In this document: piece by piece, positions 25,290 through 38,717 of the stretch
Layout: each line of letters begins with the position of its first letter
Position numbering within the stretch: position 1 is the stretch's first letter
Source of the DNA: Octopus sinensis
Lineage: Eukaryota
NCBI RefSeq assembly: GCF_006345805.1
Contig: NC_043019.1
Coordinates: forward strand, 18,103,360-18,167,359
Direction: 5' to 3'
Length of the DNA stretch: 64,000 nt
Notes under the pieces: model-generated
Database searches by the model: none
What the model was told of the DNA's origin: nothing
What the model saw: the letters and a program-made list of their open reading frames with translations, nothing else
Position numbers and translations under genes: made by a program

Positions 25290-25517
25290 GGTTACAAAAA
25301 GGTATCGCAACACGCGCGCACACGCTCTCTTCACCCCCTGTTGATCCATCTCCTCTCTAAATCCCTCCGATTCTCTCTTCTCCCTCTGAACATCTTTATC
25401 AACCACCACCAGAGAGATCCAGCCTCGTTTCCAAGTTGTTTGTAAACAAACTGTTGGAAGGATTCTGAACAGGTTAAGACAAGCGCGCGCGCACACACAC
25501 TCACATCTCCTGTTCAG
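25290..25517 (+). other. Candidate alternative non-coding first exon of SSX2IP
   Basis: Locally CpG-enriched (ACGCGCGCAC, GCGCGCGCGC), strong donor CAG|GTAAGA at 25518, in-frame TGA at 25387 and no ATG after it. The 5' boundary is a guess. Confidence 0.4.
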
Positions 25518-27299
25518 GTAAGATATATTGTACAGGTATTGCCTATTAGTGTGTGTGTTTATATAATTTTTATTGCTTTGGCAAATTCTACAATGCTGTT
25601 GTCATGTTGGGCTAGAGAGTTAATCTTTCTTGTGGCTTCTTACTTTCAAGTAATTCTTTGTTTATTAGTGGTGGTGGTGGTGGTAGCAGCTTAATGCTTT
25701 GAAATACCGCATTGAGTGTAATAGCGGTAGTAGTAGCAGTGGTGGTGGTGCTGTTGTTAGTAATTCTGTTGCCAGATACCAGAACTCTGCTGGCAGTTTA
25801 TAGGTTTTGCTGTAACCTTAGTTAACTTTCCTCTGCGCACGATTTTGGATATTATAGGTAGGTAACATTGAATGTTTTGTATATAAATACCTGACTGTCT
25901 GAGAGTGTGGGATGAGGGAACGTGTAACTTGTTGAATATTATAACCGGCATATTTCTTCTCCGCTCGTAAAGTGTCTAAAACTTCTCCCAAAATGGAGCT
26001 CGATGGTATCTAATTGCGCCTCGTTACATTCCGAGTTCAAATCGCGTTGAGGTCGACTTTTTGTTCTTCCAGAGTCTAGAAATTAAATATCAATCTAGTA
26101 CTTAGCTCATTGTAAGGCCTTGTTTCAGTTAGAAATTCTTGTTGCCGTTGTGAGGGTGGTGGATGGCAGTAGTGCACCGAACTAAAGGCTTTGCAGTATT
26201 TGGTTACGCTCGGAGTTCAAATTCCGCCAAGGTCAATTTCGGTTTTCGTCCTTCCAATAGTAATAAGTACAGACAGTTGACAATGTCACCTCTTCCTCTC
26301 CCTCCCCCATATTAGGCTTTCTACCTATTACTAATCCAATCAAGTCTTTGAGGCTGTTCATTTGAAGTTCGCTTTTTTTTTTCTTTCTTAGTCTTCTGGT
26401 GTCACTTAGTACTTATGGCCTAGTGCTTTTTAAAAATTATTCGTGAATTTTGTGACAAAATGCGAAGCGGCATTTCTTCCGGCTCTTTATGTTCCGAGTT
26501 CAAATCCTGCCTGATTTCAACTTTCCCTTTCATCTTTTCAGGATGGCTACCACTTGGGAACTTAGATCGGTGTAATCAACTTACTGCTTCCCTTAAAATT
26601 GCTGGCCTTGTGCCAAAATTAGAAATGATTATTCGTTAATATTTAGATTGTTGCTGTGATCAAAAACTATGGTAAACGTCAGTTTCTCTTTTGCCATTTT
26701 CACCCCAAAATAGTTCTTTCCTTTGCAAGCTAATAGTTTTGCGTGATTGTAGGGAGGTGGTAGTCCAGCCATGGTTTCCATAAGTATGGATGTTATGGTT
26801 ATATCCTTCTTTATGAGTAGAATTGGTATTGAGGGGACCCACAGACGATTTAAATGTAAGAGTAGGTTTGGGTGTCAGGAATATAAAGTTAGCAAGTTCC
26901 AAGAAACAACAGTACCCTGCCTAGTTTCAGACCTCTATTGGTTAATCTCTCTCTCTCCATTTATAAAATTCTTTGTCTTTTCCCTATACATTCTCAAACA
27001 GTTCCATCAAATCAAATTTTACAGGGTAATAGTATTAGACCCCGCGAGTGTCAACATGTAATTTTTATTTTCATTTGGATTAAAACATAACATTTTATCT
27101 AAAATCTTTCTATAGTCAACTATTGTAAAGGACATTTTATACCATGACATAACATTTTATATATGAGTGTGTATGTATCTGTGTGTTCATTATATAAATG
27201 TATGTTTGTGTCTTTCTTAGTATGTGAGTGTGTGTGTGTGTGTGATTGTCCAATAACACTGATGTAAACTGGCCATGTTAAAGAGCTTGACTGGCTGCA

Positions 27300-27997
27300 A
27301 CTAATGAAATGGCTGATAAACTCAGTCGGGAACTTCTAGATCAGGCTGTTCAATACCCTGTTGAATTTCTGAACACATTCAAACCCACTGGGATGTCACT
27401 GCATAACTTGACACTAAAGCTGGATGCTCCCATTATGTTGCTTTGGAATTTTGACCCACCTCGTCTGTGTAATGGAACTTGCTTGATTGTTTCTTCCACA
27501 AGAAAGCTCCAGATCCCACAGGCAACAATCATAACAGTCACAAAGAGGAAAATGTCTTTATTCCAAAATTTCCTCTCATACCTACAGATGTTCCATTTGG
27601 ATTTAAGAGGCTTCAGTTTCCAGTCAAACTAAGTTTTGCTATTTCATTTAACAAATCTCAGGGTCAATCCCTCAAGGTGGTTGGTCATCATCTCTCGACT
27701 ACATGCTTCTCCCATGGCCAACTCTATGTTGGTTGCTCACAAGTTGGAAGCAGCAACAATTTATTCATTCAGACACCAACAAAAAATCACAATGAATATT
27801 GTTTACCCTGAGGTGCTTCAAGATTCACAGAGACTGAGTTCTAAATTCTATTATCATTACAATCTGGATATTGTTTTAATAAAATATAGATGTTTTGAAA
27901 TAATTATAAGAAGAAAAAAAACATATCTTTATATTCATTGTTTACTAATTTGAAAAAGAACAGCAGTAACCCGGGCAACACTGGGTCATTCAGTTAG
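27300..27997 (+). mobile_element. Helitron 3' end (PIF1-family helicase C-terminus + terminal hairpin)
   Basis: YPVEFLNT...LTLKLDAPIMLLWNFDPPRLCNGT; FKRLQFPVKLSFAISFNKSQGQSL...CFSHGQLYVGCS; NIVYPEVL; frameshifted. Hairpin ACCCGG-gcaaca-CTGGGT 27969-27986, then TTAG|T (decayed CTAG). Confidence 0.88.
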
Positions 27998-29321
27998 TGT
28001 TGTATAATTGCTAATATGATTATATTAAATGATGTTTCTAAAGCATGTCATGTTGTGAACAACACAAGACCAAAGAGGCGGTTTATGGACACCTTTCACC
28101 CTTCTCTATTATTGCTCAACACAGGGTAGGCTTTGCTGGACACCAGGCCACATCAGAGACTTCTGCACCCCAGAAGCAGGCAATGACCGCTCGGATACGT
28201 TGATGTTATTCGTAGACAAATAAAATCGAGGATCTCCCAATGAGGGCAAAGATCCATGGTGCAACTTTGTGCAATGTATTTGTGTTGCAGGTTTTTGAAG
28301 AAACAGCAACTCTGAGAATGTTGTTGTTGCTGCTGCACAGCTCCACGTCAGTCTTGATCCATCTTCATTTAACATGCATTTTCCCATACTTTCAGGGGTC
28401 AGACAGATTTTTCTACTGCTGGATGCCCTTCCTGTCACCAACCTTCACCTGTTCCCAGTTAATATTTCCTCCATGACCTGGTTTTCATGGAAGACTGGAA
28501 AGTGAACATCCTCACTTGTGAGTGACAATGGTGCTCGTTTACAACCATCATGGGATGTCAAAACATGGGGACACACGTACACACACATGTACATATGCAC
28601 ACACATGCACAAGCACACACACAAATGTCTGTGTACATATATGTATTTGTCACTCTCATTCCACTGTTTGACAACTGGTGTTGGTTTGTTTACATCCCCA
28701 TAACTTAATGATTTGGCAAAAGATATCAATGTCATATGTACCACACTAAGAAAAAGAAAATGCATCAGTACTGGCCGTGGGGGACCAATTTGTTTGTAAA
28801 CCATTCCGAGTGGTGCCCCAGCATGGCCACAGTCAATTGACTGCAACTAGTAAAAAATAACAGATACTTAAACGATCGTATGGAAAGTCATAACATTTCA
28901 TAAATTTTTGTTAACTTTGTGAATGGGTGATAGGTTGCGCAAGCTGCAAACGACTGCACTTTTCTCTCCAACGCAATCGCATACAGCAACGGAACAGTTT
29001 CTTATGCAATCCTCTGTGTGTGTGTGTGTTGCAGCTGTTAAGATGGAATTGTATAAAAATGTAAGAATTGCTGACCTACACAAATTTCCAACCTAAACAA
29101 AGAGCATCCTGCATGGTGTCAATGTGTGTTGTCTCACAGATGTGATATCATCATCATCATCACCACCACCTTTAGAGGAAGATAATAACAAGAAAAACAA
29201 ACTTGGTTATCTTTGCAACTTAAAGATAAAAGCTATTTCTAGGGATGTTGCAGATATCAAAATGGAATGTAAAGGAGGTAACTCCATTATCAGCTGAATC
29301 CAAAGTTTTGGAAAAATATTG

Positions 29322-29352
<31 letters not shown>

Positions 29353-29902
29353 TGTGTGTGTGTTCCTCACTTCTTAGAACTGGTTGGATGAGACTGTGGT
29401 TGTATTCTGCAGCCAGATCCTCTTCCCGGTGCCAGCCTAACCTTTGGTTTCAAAGTAAAGTGCTTATGGTTGCACAGGGTTTTCCATATCTAAAATGGAG
29501 TTTGAGGGAAGGATTATGACGAACACAGACTTCACACTTTACAGCTGACAAAATGATGTCAGTGTGGGCAGATGCACAGCAGGCTTCCATACAGTTTCTG
29601 CTTATCAAATTTCACTGGCAAGACATTGGTCGACTTGTGACTGTAGTAGAAAGCACTTGACCCCATGGCAGGACCGAACCTGAAACGATATGGTTGTGAA
29701 GTGAGTTTCTTTGAACTTCTTAATCACACAGTTATGGCTGCCAATTTAACTTGAAAACTTTTGGTTGCAAAGTGAATTTCTTAATATCCAGTTGTAGCAC
29801 ACACACACACACACACCTCATTGTGTGATATCAGTAATATGAAACCTTGTTACAACAAAAGACTCTTGTATGTATTTTTACATTGAGTGTTTTACATTTG
29901 TA

Positions 29903-30108
29903 TAAGCAGGTATATATATATGTATGTGTGTGTATGTGTATGTGTGTGTATGTGTGTGTATGTGTGTGTGTATGTGTGTGTATGTGTGTGTATGTGTGTG
30001 TGTATGTGTGTGTATGTGTATGTGTGTGTATGTGTATGTGTGTGTATGTGTATGTGTGTGTATGTGTATGTGTGTGTATGTGTGTGTGTGTGTGTATATG
30101 TGTGTGTG

Positions 30109-30147
<39 letters not shown>

Positions 30148-30210
30148 TATATATATATATATATGTGTGTGTGTGTATGTATATGTGTGTTTATATATAT
30201 ATGTATATAT
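29903..30210. repeat. (TG)n/(TATG)n compound microsatellite
   Basis: Directly visible. Confidence 0.95.
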
Positions 30211-30845
30211 AATCTCAGCTACAGAAGCGGTATTGTGAAACTAGAATCAAGTGTTCCACATTCCCAGCTAAAGCTAATTATCAGTGGTGGTGGTGGCATT
30301 AAATGGCAAACAAATGTCTGTAAAATGATTCCATGTTAACTGCAAACCCTGGCAAACATTCCCACATGGAGCTGGGCAAAACATTTATGGAATTGTGTCT
30401 CCATTAGGTTCCAGTCTACAGTGATATAATTGGTGAAATATTATCATGTTCATTGTGGGGTGTTGGTTTTTTTTGCACTGGGGCCGGCCAGGGTCCAGTA
30501 GGGATATGGTCAAAGATATTCCTGCCATTTCCCCAGCTCCTTTCTAAGCATAGTTTCATCATCATCATTTTAATGTCTGTTCTTCTTCTGCTGGAATGGT
30601 TTGACAGAAGCTGGGAAGCCATAATGTGTGATTAAAGGAAGATCTGGCTGTCATATCTAGCAATTTGAGTAACCATATAACTGCTCCTTCATTAATTTAT
30701 TTTGTAGTGTGTGTGAGGCCTCGACATGCTGTCTTGTTTTAATGTCACCATTTAGTTCCATTGTCTTCAGTGTTTACTCTGTTGCAAGACATTTGAACTG
30801 GAATCCTGCTTGAGCAACCACCAACTGGTCCTTGGCTGTGCTTAG

Positions 30846-30879
<34 letters not shown>

Positions 30880-31789
30880 CCCCTCTTGTTCAGCACAAAT
30901 GCCTCATTCATTCCCTGTGTAAGGTTCAGGTTCAACATGGTATGAATAAACATGGTATGAAAGGGCTGCAAAGGTCATTGGTACTGACTGACCCTGCTCC
31001 CCTCCAATAACAAATTCGTCCACTGGACATAATGAATTGATGCTACTACAATTATTCATACTTATTTTGTTTTAGAGAAAAGTCAATCTGATGGGGGACA
31101 TTTTTTTCGACTAATGTTTCACTTTAGTTTCATGGCCTGAAGCAGAGGAGTCAGCTCTTAGAATCAAATCTAGAGTCAAACGGGAGAGTTCAACTGACCC
31201 CTTGACTCCTGTCTGTAAACTGCTGTAGTTTAAGTAATTCTGTTGAAATCAATGATGGTGATTTGGAGGTAATATTGCTGGGCTGTAAAGTGACCGAGGT
31301 CTTTTACTTGTTTCATTCATTGGACCGTGGCCATGCTGGAGCACTATCTTCAAGTTTTAGTTGAACAAATCAACCCCAGGACTTATTTTAAAGTTTGGTT
31401 TTATTGTCTCTCTTTTTGCTGAACCATTAAGGGATGTAAACAAACCAACACTGGCTGTCAAGCACTGGTGGGGGTCAGGTCAAACACAGACATATAAACA
31501 CACACATACACGTGCTCAACAATCTTCCTCACAGTTTCCCCCCTACCAATTCTGGGAAAATACCTCTTCTGTTGACTTAATACTACAGAATACTAGGAAT
31601 GATCACTTGGTCACTCGACCGGCGGCATGAAATAGCAGCCAAATTTTTCTTAAATCATGTCTTTGTAAAAATGTATTTTCATTTTTTTTTTTCCACATAC
31701 TGTACCCAAATGACTCGAAATTAAGACACAAACTCCTTGCTCCCCCCCCTTGTTTAGTTAAGTTTTTATTGCATTTTTGCTGACGTGGC

Positions 31790-31945
31790 TATGAAGTTAA
31801 GAAGCTGGCTTCCCAGCCACATGGTTCTGGGTTCAGTCCCACTGCATGGCACCTTGGGCAAGTGTCACCGACTGCATTCCCAAGCTGACCAAAGCCTTAA
31901 GAGTGAATTGGTTAATGGAAACTGAAAGAAGCCTGTTATGAATAT
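31790..31945 (+). mobile_element. tRNA-derived SINE 5' part; related heads at about 24540-24660, 33715-33850, 46460-46570 and 55370-55480
   Basis: A-box-like TGGCT..AGTGG/AAGTT and B-box-like GGGTTCAGTCCC, followed by the shared CTTGGGCAAGTGTC / TTCTTGAGCAA body. Confidence 0.6.
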
Positions 31946-34264
31946 GGGTGTCTGTTTGTATCTCTTGACATTGTGCATTGGTTGTAAAACAAGCGCAACC
32001 ATTATTCAAGTTATGTCCTTCATTGCCAATGGTCTGTGGGGAAGCAAGTGAGGATTGGTGACAGGAAGGGTTCCTCGCTGTAGAAAATCTACATCACCAA
32101 ATTCCATCTGATAGATGCAAGTATGGAAAAGTTGACATTAAAATGTTATGGAACCTCATCCATTTAGAAACCTCTGCTTTACTCACTTAAAGGAAGAATA
32201 CGTTGTGAAGATCAATCCTGATTAAGCTGATTTATGATTAAAGATATTCCATCTTTTCTCAAGACAGTACTTTGAGGATCATATTTATTCAGTGTCTATC
32301 TTTTAAGATAGTATGTTTCACAAAAATTGGCTGCTATTTCTAGCCGCTGGAGTGGCCACATACAGGCATCTATTTTTGGTTCCTGTATATGTCCACATGT
32401 CTGTCCATGTGTCTTGGACTGACAAACATTCATTTAAAGTTCCTCTCTTTATTTCCTCATCTATTTCCCTAAATAATTTACCTCGTTATTGCCACCACCA
32501 CCACTTATCACCTCTCCTTCTCTCTCTTCTCATTCAACCCTAATTTACTACAGTAATATTATTCTCTTTTCCTCATTGCTCTTTCTTTTCTCTCTCTCTA
32601 CCAGTTTTTGGGTGGCTTTTTTCTTTTTTTCCACACTATGGAAAGGTCAAAGCATTTACAGCAACCCCCCCCCCTTTCTACATCAATAGCCTGCTTTTCA
32701 AAAGGTTGTTTCTTAAAAGCCACCAAAGAAACAAAACCAAGCAAGTTCTTGTCGGTGCTTATTCGACAGTGGCAGCTCTGTTGTTGGACTAAAAGACTGG
32801 TTCTTTAGAATTACTTGTCCCACATTACTAGCAAAGGACAACCTGTAACTATGCCAGGCACAGTCATCAGGCTTTGAGGTATTTTCAAAATACCCACATA
32901 GCCAGGGGTTGTTTGACTGAACTTTTAGGTTATAGGGATGTAAATAAACCAACACTGGTTGTCAAGCAGTTGGATGGAGGGGGGACACACGCACGCATAC
33001 ACACGAGCTTCCACACAGTTTCTGTTTACCAAATCCACTTGGTTGATGTGGGGGCTGTAATAGAAGACACTCGTGCAAGGTGATGTGTAGTGGGATTGAA
33101 CCCCAAACCACATGGTTGCAAAGTTAGCTTCTTAACCACACAGCTATGCCTCCTTTCTCTAACTATAGCCCTAGGTCTGTCCTGTTTGAGTAGATCTTAT
33201 GACCAAACATATTCCACTCTTGACTCTTGTAGATCTCAGATGTAAAGTTGTGTCCATCCTGTCTGTCTGTCTGTCCAATGTCCAAATCTATAGCCATTGC
33301 CTGTTGTTATTTTTAAGATTGGAATCTGAGGCCAATTTGGCAGCTGTTTCTTGCAGGTCGCATAACTACGTGGCTGGAAAACATTTATCCGAGGCACCAT
33401 GCAGTGGGAGGGAACCCAAGGCCTCCTGATTGCAAAGTAAGTTTCATAACAGGACAACCTGGCTTGTGACTCTGTTATGATTTTGTATGTCATCGTGAGA
33501 AGAGGCCCCATTTGTGTTGCTCTGAGGAATGTTTAATCTCTGAAATGTCACAATTTGGCCTCAGACGCAAAACAGGAAAAAGTTATTTTATTCTTTGCCA
33601 AACTTGGATGACATTTCAAGTGAAATATGTCAATCATCTTTCGACTGAACTGACACGTCTGTTTATATTTTATTGATCACCCCCAAATTATACAAAAAGT
33701 TGTTTTGGCAGCCAATGGTGCATGGCTTAGTGGTTAGGGTGTTGGATTCATCATGATCATAAGATTGTGGTTTCGGTTCTTGTACCGGGTGGTGCATTGG
33801 TTTTCTTGAGCAACAACACTTCATGTTGCTCCAGTTCACTCAGCTGGTGAAGATGAGTAATTCTGTGATGGACCGGTGTCCCTTGCAGGGAGGAATATAT
33901 GGATCAGGAACCCCCAGGAAACTGGTCCAATGCTCCTCACAGACTAATCTGGATTGACCATTATTTTGGCAACATTTGAACTACAAACTCAGTGTTTCTA
34001 GTAAAAGGTGTTAGAGCAATGAACCTAGTTGGATGGTGCTATACCATTTACCCTAGAGTCATATTATTATCAAAGGTAGTGAGCTGGCAGACAAAATGGT
34101 TAATATTGTGGCTCATGATGTTCTGAGATCAAATTCTGCCAAGGTTGGCTTTGTCTTTCATCCTTTCGGGGTCGATAAAATAAGTACCAGTTATGCACTG
34201 ATGTTGATGTAATTGACTTACCGCCTCCCCGGAACTTACTGGTCTTGTGCCCAAAATTTGTAAC

Positions 34265-34312
<48 letters not shown>

Positions 34313-36303
34313 GGCGGTGACCATGCTGGGGCATCACCTTGAAGGGTTTAGTCAAATCGATGCTGGTACTTATTTTATTAGTCATTTTTGCTGAACTGCT
34401 AAGTCACAGGGATGTGAACAAACCAACACTGGTTGTCAAGTAGTGGGTAGGACTTACACACACACACACACAATAGGCTTCTCTACAGTTTCATCTACCA
34501 AATTCATCCACAAGGCATTAGCCAGCCCAGGGCTTTAGTACATGACCAGACAGTTGCTCAAGGTGCTGTGCAATGGAACTGAACCCAAAACCTCATGTTT
34601 GCAAAACAAGCTTCTTAATTCCACTGCCAGATGTTTTCTTTTCTTTTTCCTTCTCTTCATTTCTGTTCTTTTTGGCATTGGAATGTGTTTCTGGATAATT
34701 CTGGTTGATGCTGTTTATTTTCCCATTTGTTTCCTCTCCATATTAGTCATTCATTGTGCACCTATCACCTGTATCTGCAGGTAATTATTTCACCTGTTTA
34801 CCAACATTATTATTCCACTGAATCACTCATCATGTCATTGTTTCTGATAACGGTGTTTGTCCAATTAAATATTTTAAACTTTTAATCACCCGAGTGGTGG
34901 TGGGGGATTCGTTACTAAGTGATTAATGACTAAAACTCCATGGAAGCTGGAGTGCTGAGCTGTACTTACCCCCATGGTACCTGTGTACGGCTTGATGGAC
35001 TGAACTAGAGCCAATACTTAATGTTTTATTGGTTACCCTCCAGTCACATCAGCTCAACAGACTGATTCTAGCTACTCCAAAATTCCAGCCATGGCCCTCT
35101 TCAGACTGAATCACTAGAACTATATTGTCTGTTGCATGCTTCCTTAAACAAAGGTATGTGTTGAGAGATTTGTTGCTATTTCTAGCATTTGGAGCAACCC
35201 TGTAGAAGCTCTCTCATTGGCTACTGATCACAAAGTTGAAAGGAATTGGTGTTATCTGATCATTTATGATAGATTGGTATTTTATCCAGGTGAGTGGATT
35301 GATTAGATGGCTATATCTCTGAGCTGCTTAGCATTGTGAAAGCAGAACCAATCTCAAGATATTTTCCACAGACACCACTCGACTCTCATATTGGTGAAGA
35401 GATGTCCACAATGGATGCTTAGGCTTGCAGGTCTAACACCCTTTCCACCCACCAAAGCGTGGCCACCCTACAGTAATTTTCTTTTTTCTGCTTCTGTATC
35501 ACAATTTATGAAGCATAATCTCGTTGTTTATGGGTTTCCCATTGTTCAGTCCCTGGGTCCTTGTGTCTTTGATGGCAAGAATGAGAAACGATGATTGTCT
35601 CTTACTCAACACAGAAACAAGTATCAGAAACGAAGTATATTTGATGAAATATCCGTTTTCTTGCTAATGTTTCCAATGTTTTTAATCAACAGACATTGCT
35701 GAAAAGAGTTCATTATTTAATGTCCATATTCCATGCTGGTATGAGTTTGACGGTTCAACAGGATATGGTGGGCCCACATCACACTCTACTCTCTGCATTG
35801 GCAGGATTTCTATGCTTCAATGCCCTTCCAAATGCCAACCACTTTACAATATGTACTAAGTGCTCTTTTTTTTTTTAATGCTACCAATAATAGTGAGGTT
35901 GCCATGCGATTGGCAAGACTATGAACCCCCAAGAGGAAGGGTCTTTATGTTGGGAGAGGGGTTACAGTATGAGAAACGGTGCCAAGTAGGTTTGTTGCTG
36001 TAGAGGAGCTAAATGGCTACAAACATTTAGAAGATTGAATGAGAATAGTGAGGACAAGAATAGTGACCACACATGGGTATCCATGTGTATGTACGGAACA
36101 TATGTATGATGTGGTTGTGCACACTGTCTAGCAAATTCCACCGTGGTGGTCTTAGTCAACCCAAGGCTGTGGTAGAAGACACTTGCTTGAAGGTGTTGCA
36201 CAAAGGAATTGAACTCAATCTTGTTACCCCACACAACCACACCTGTGCCCAGGTGAATGCAGTTAATGCTTAACTGCTGTTTTTTTCTGTTTTTGTTTGT
36301 AGG

Positions 36304-36477
36304 ATGGATTCCTTGTATGGGAACAATGTCTGCTCTAAGGTTCTCTATGATAAACCCTTTTCGAATTGCAGCATGTTGTCGGACAGCTACCTTGATATGT
36401 ACCCTTACAGCTATCCCTACAGCAGCAGCGTCTGTAACAAGGAGAACCTGGAAGACTGTATTATACATTTAAACAAG
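36304..36477 (+). CDS. SSX2IP: SSX2IP/ADIP-like, coding exon 1 (MDSLYGNNVC...VCNKENLEDCIIHLNK)
   Basis: Acceptor TTTTTGTTTGTAG|G directly before ATG 36304; donor AAG|GTAACT at 36478, phase 0. VCNKENLEDCIIHLNK resembles the SSX2IP N-terminal FCTEENIEQ-ISYL-Q motif (recalled family consensus). Confidence 0.9.
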
Positions 36478-36753
36478 GTAACTATTTCACTTTGGTTTCA
36501 TTGTGTGTGTCTGTCTGTCTGTCTGTTATTTGTGTAAGTTGAGAAATAAAATGGCCATGTCTATGCAATATCTTAGAAATGACTGAAATGGTTGGAAAGC
36601 TCTGATCTGTTTAGTGGTGAAGATGATGGTCAAGCCCCTGGTCAGACTTGATCATGCAGGCTTATGATCAAAGCATTTCATCCATGACCATCCCTTTTTA
36701 TATATCTAGGGCAGCATTGTCTTATGTGTGTCCTTTCCTTTAAAACATTTAGG

Positions 36754-36983
36754 CTGTGGTTCTCAATGGGGGCCCAAAGAAGGTTTTGTTAAAACTCATG
36801 AGCAATGAATTGGTTACACTTGTACAATGCACAAAATATTTCATTTTTTTGTCTACAATTTCTAATAATATTTAATTATAAAAATATAATAGGATTTTTT
36901 AGACATCATCTGGCAATGAGGGTCTGCTTGAGTAGAATTAGAACCAAAGAGGTTCATAAATGAAAAATGGTTGAGAAATGCTG
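36754..36983. mobile_element. hAT-family MITE
   Basis: TIRs CTGTGGTTCTCAA / TTGAGAAATGCTG; 8-bp TSD CATTTAGG / CATTAAGG (7/8). Confidence 0.75.
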
Positions 36984-37490
36984 CATTAAGGTATGATTTG
37001 AAGGACATTTGACTGTGGTTTCTAGCAGGTCAGGTGTGTACCACCTCCTTCCCTCTCATTGGTTCATTTGGTGAGTGTTGTGTAATAATACAGGGTGGTA
37101 CCTAAATGGAATGGCCTCGTGTCAGTGTCAGTAGCAGGGTTTTTATAAAAGATTTGATGTTTCAACCCAGGGTTGCTATCAACCCTGCCCCTAATGTCAT
37201 GCCTGACACCCACCCCATCTGCAGTGGGTTCAGAATAAGTCTTTCATATATATGTCCATAAGTTGTCTGTGCTATGGCTGCTGGGGAAATGGAAACAATA
37301 TCAGGCATTGATGGATATTATTAGAGGTGATGGGCCAGGAGGGGCACGGGTTGTGGAGCTATTCAAGTTAATGTTGTCTTTAATATATTTTAATCACAAA
37401 GTTACAGTTGTAAAAGAGATTGTTTTGGTTATGAATGGGGCTGAGGAATAGTGGCTCATGTCAGTGCTGACTGCGTGTGTATAAAGTGAT

Positions 37491-37525
<35 letters not shown>

Positions 37526-37904
37526 AAGATGCGTTTATATGTATGGAAGCAAATTTTTCAACACCTAATTAGTGTGGTTAGTCTCTGGTCAATCTTGACT
37601 GACCAGAATCCATTATCTGAGGAATTCTAGTTATGAGCACCTCTATTCTTCTCTTGGGCATTGCATACCTAGGGCTATGTTGTTCAATGTATCCCTTAAG
37701 GGTCCAGGTTGAATGATTATGAAGGGACTAATCCTCCACACACACACAAACACCCTCTTGTCTCAAGGTCTGTATTTAAGGACCAGATCTGCCCTAATCT
37801 GGATTAGTTTAACCAAAGAATTTCATTGATCTCCTGAGTTATGTCCCTTGTGAGACCCCATCGTACATGCCTTGGTGGACGTGTGTGGACATGTTTAAAG
37901 TCGT

Positions 37905-38278
37905 ACAGTTCTATATTTAAGAGATGAGGAATTATGTACATTATTTTCATTATTTACAATTGACGGATATTTGTCCTAAGCAGGCCGAGTGCAGATATGA
38001 ACAGCATATGGGAACCGGTATTAAGGAAGGATAGGAAAATATTAGATTTATAAGCCCTAAAATTCATTCCATAATTGCCCACGGGCATATGGTGTAGTGG
38101 TTAAGAGCGTGGGCTACTAACCCCAAGATTCCGAGTTCGATTCGAAAAATACCTTAGGAATGAGAACCCAGGTTCGAAATTTCCCCAAGACACCTGATGA
38201 AGGTTGGAGGGTATATCAGCCGAAACGTTGTGTTAACAAACAAGATGAGGACAAATATCCGTCAAATGTAAATAATGT
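37905..38278 (+). mobile_element. 5'-truncated Penelope-like insertion with inverted pLTR fragment, tRNA-like segment and hammerhead
   Basis: 37948-37977 is the reverse complement of 38248-38277 (29/30). The interior frame SRPSADMNSIWEPVLRKDRKILDL* resembles a PLE ORF end. A box TGGTGTAGTGG 38090, B box GAGTTCGATTC 38133. Confidence 0.55.
38189..38234 (+). ncRNA. Minimal type I hammerhead motif (ACGT palindromic stem III, GUU site), sense within the SSX2IP intron after coding exon 1
   Basis: GACAC CTGATGA a GGTTGG-agggtata-TCAGCC GAAAC GTT^GTGTT. Confidence 0.7.
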
Positions 38279-38586
38279 GTGTGTGTGTGTGTGTGTGTTT
38301 ACCTCTTAGCTGTAATGTAATTGATGTGACATTGTTTCTCGTTAAATAATACCATATTTGGTGGCATATAAGATGCATCTCCCCCCCCCGATTTCAAAAC
38401 AATCCCCTTGGGCCCAATATGCCAAGTTGGTCTCTCCTCCCCCCACCTCTACCCAATGAGTTTTAATGCTTTACAAGCTGTTCTTCCTGACTCTCTGATA
38501 GGCGTGTGTGTCTTTGATGGCCATCAAATATGGTAATCAGTGAAATCTTGCTGATCATGTTGTCCTCTTTTCCCTGTTTTTGTCAG

Positions 38587-38717
38587 CTGCTGCAGAATAT
38601 GTGTCTACCAACAATAAGCAATATGTCCAACATCACAGTCCCTCTCGTGAACATCACTTTTGATTTACTTAAACGCATTCAACAGGACACAAAGTTTCGA
38701 GAGGAACTGGAATCAAA
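38587..38717 (+). CDS. SSX2IP: SSX2IP-like coding exon 2 (LLQNMCLPTI...LLKRIQQDTKFREELES)
   Basis: TTTTTGTCAG| acceptor, AA|GTAAGT donor, phase 0 to 2. NKLLQNMCLPTI aligns without gaps to the family ELT-LGFPSL motif. Confidence 0.88.

Noticed and set aside
28291-28346. Possible internal 5'UTR exon (TTGCAG|...CAC|GTCAGT)
   Set aside because: The donor is weak and there is no independent support.
38083-38144. Possible tRNA gene
   Set aside because: A and B boxes are present but there is no 3' acceptor strand or poly-T terminator; it is part of a repeat.
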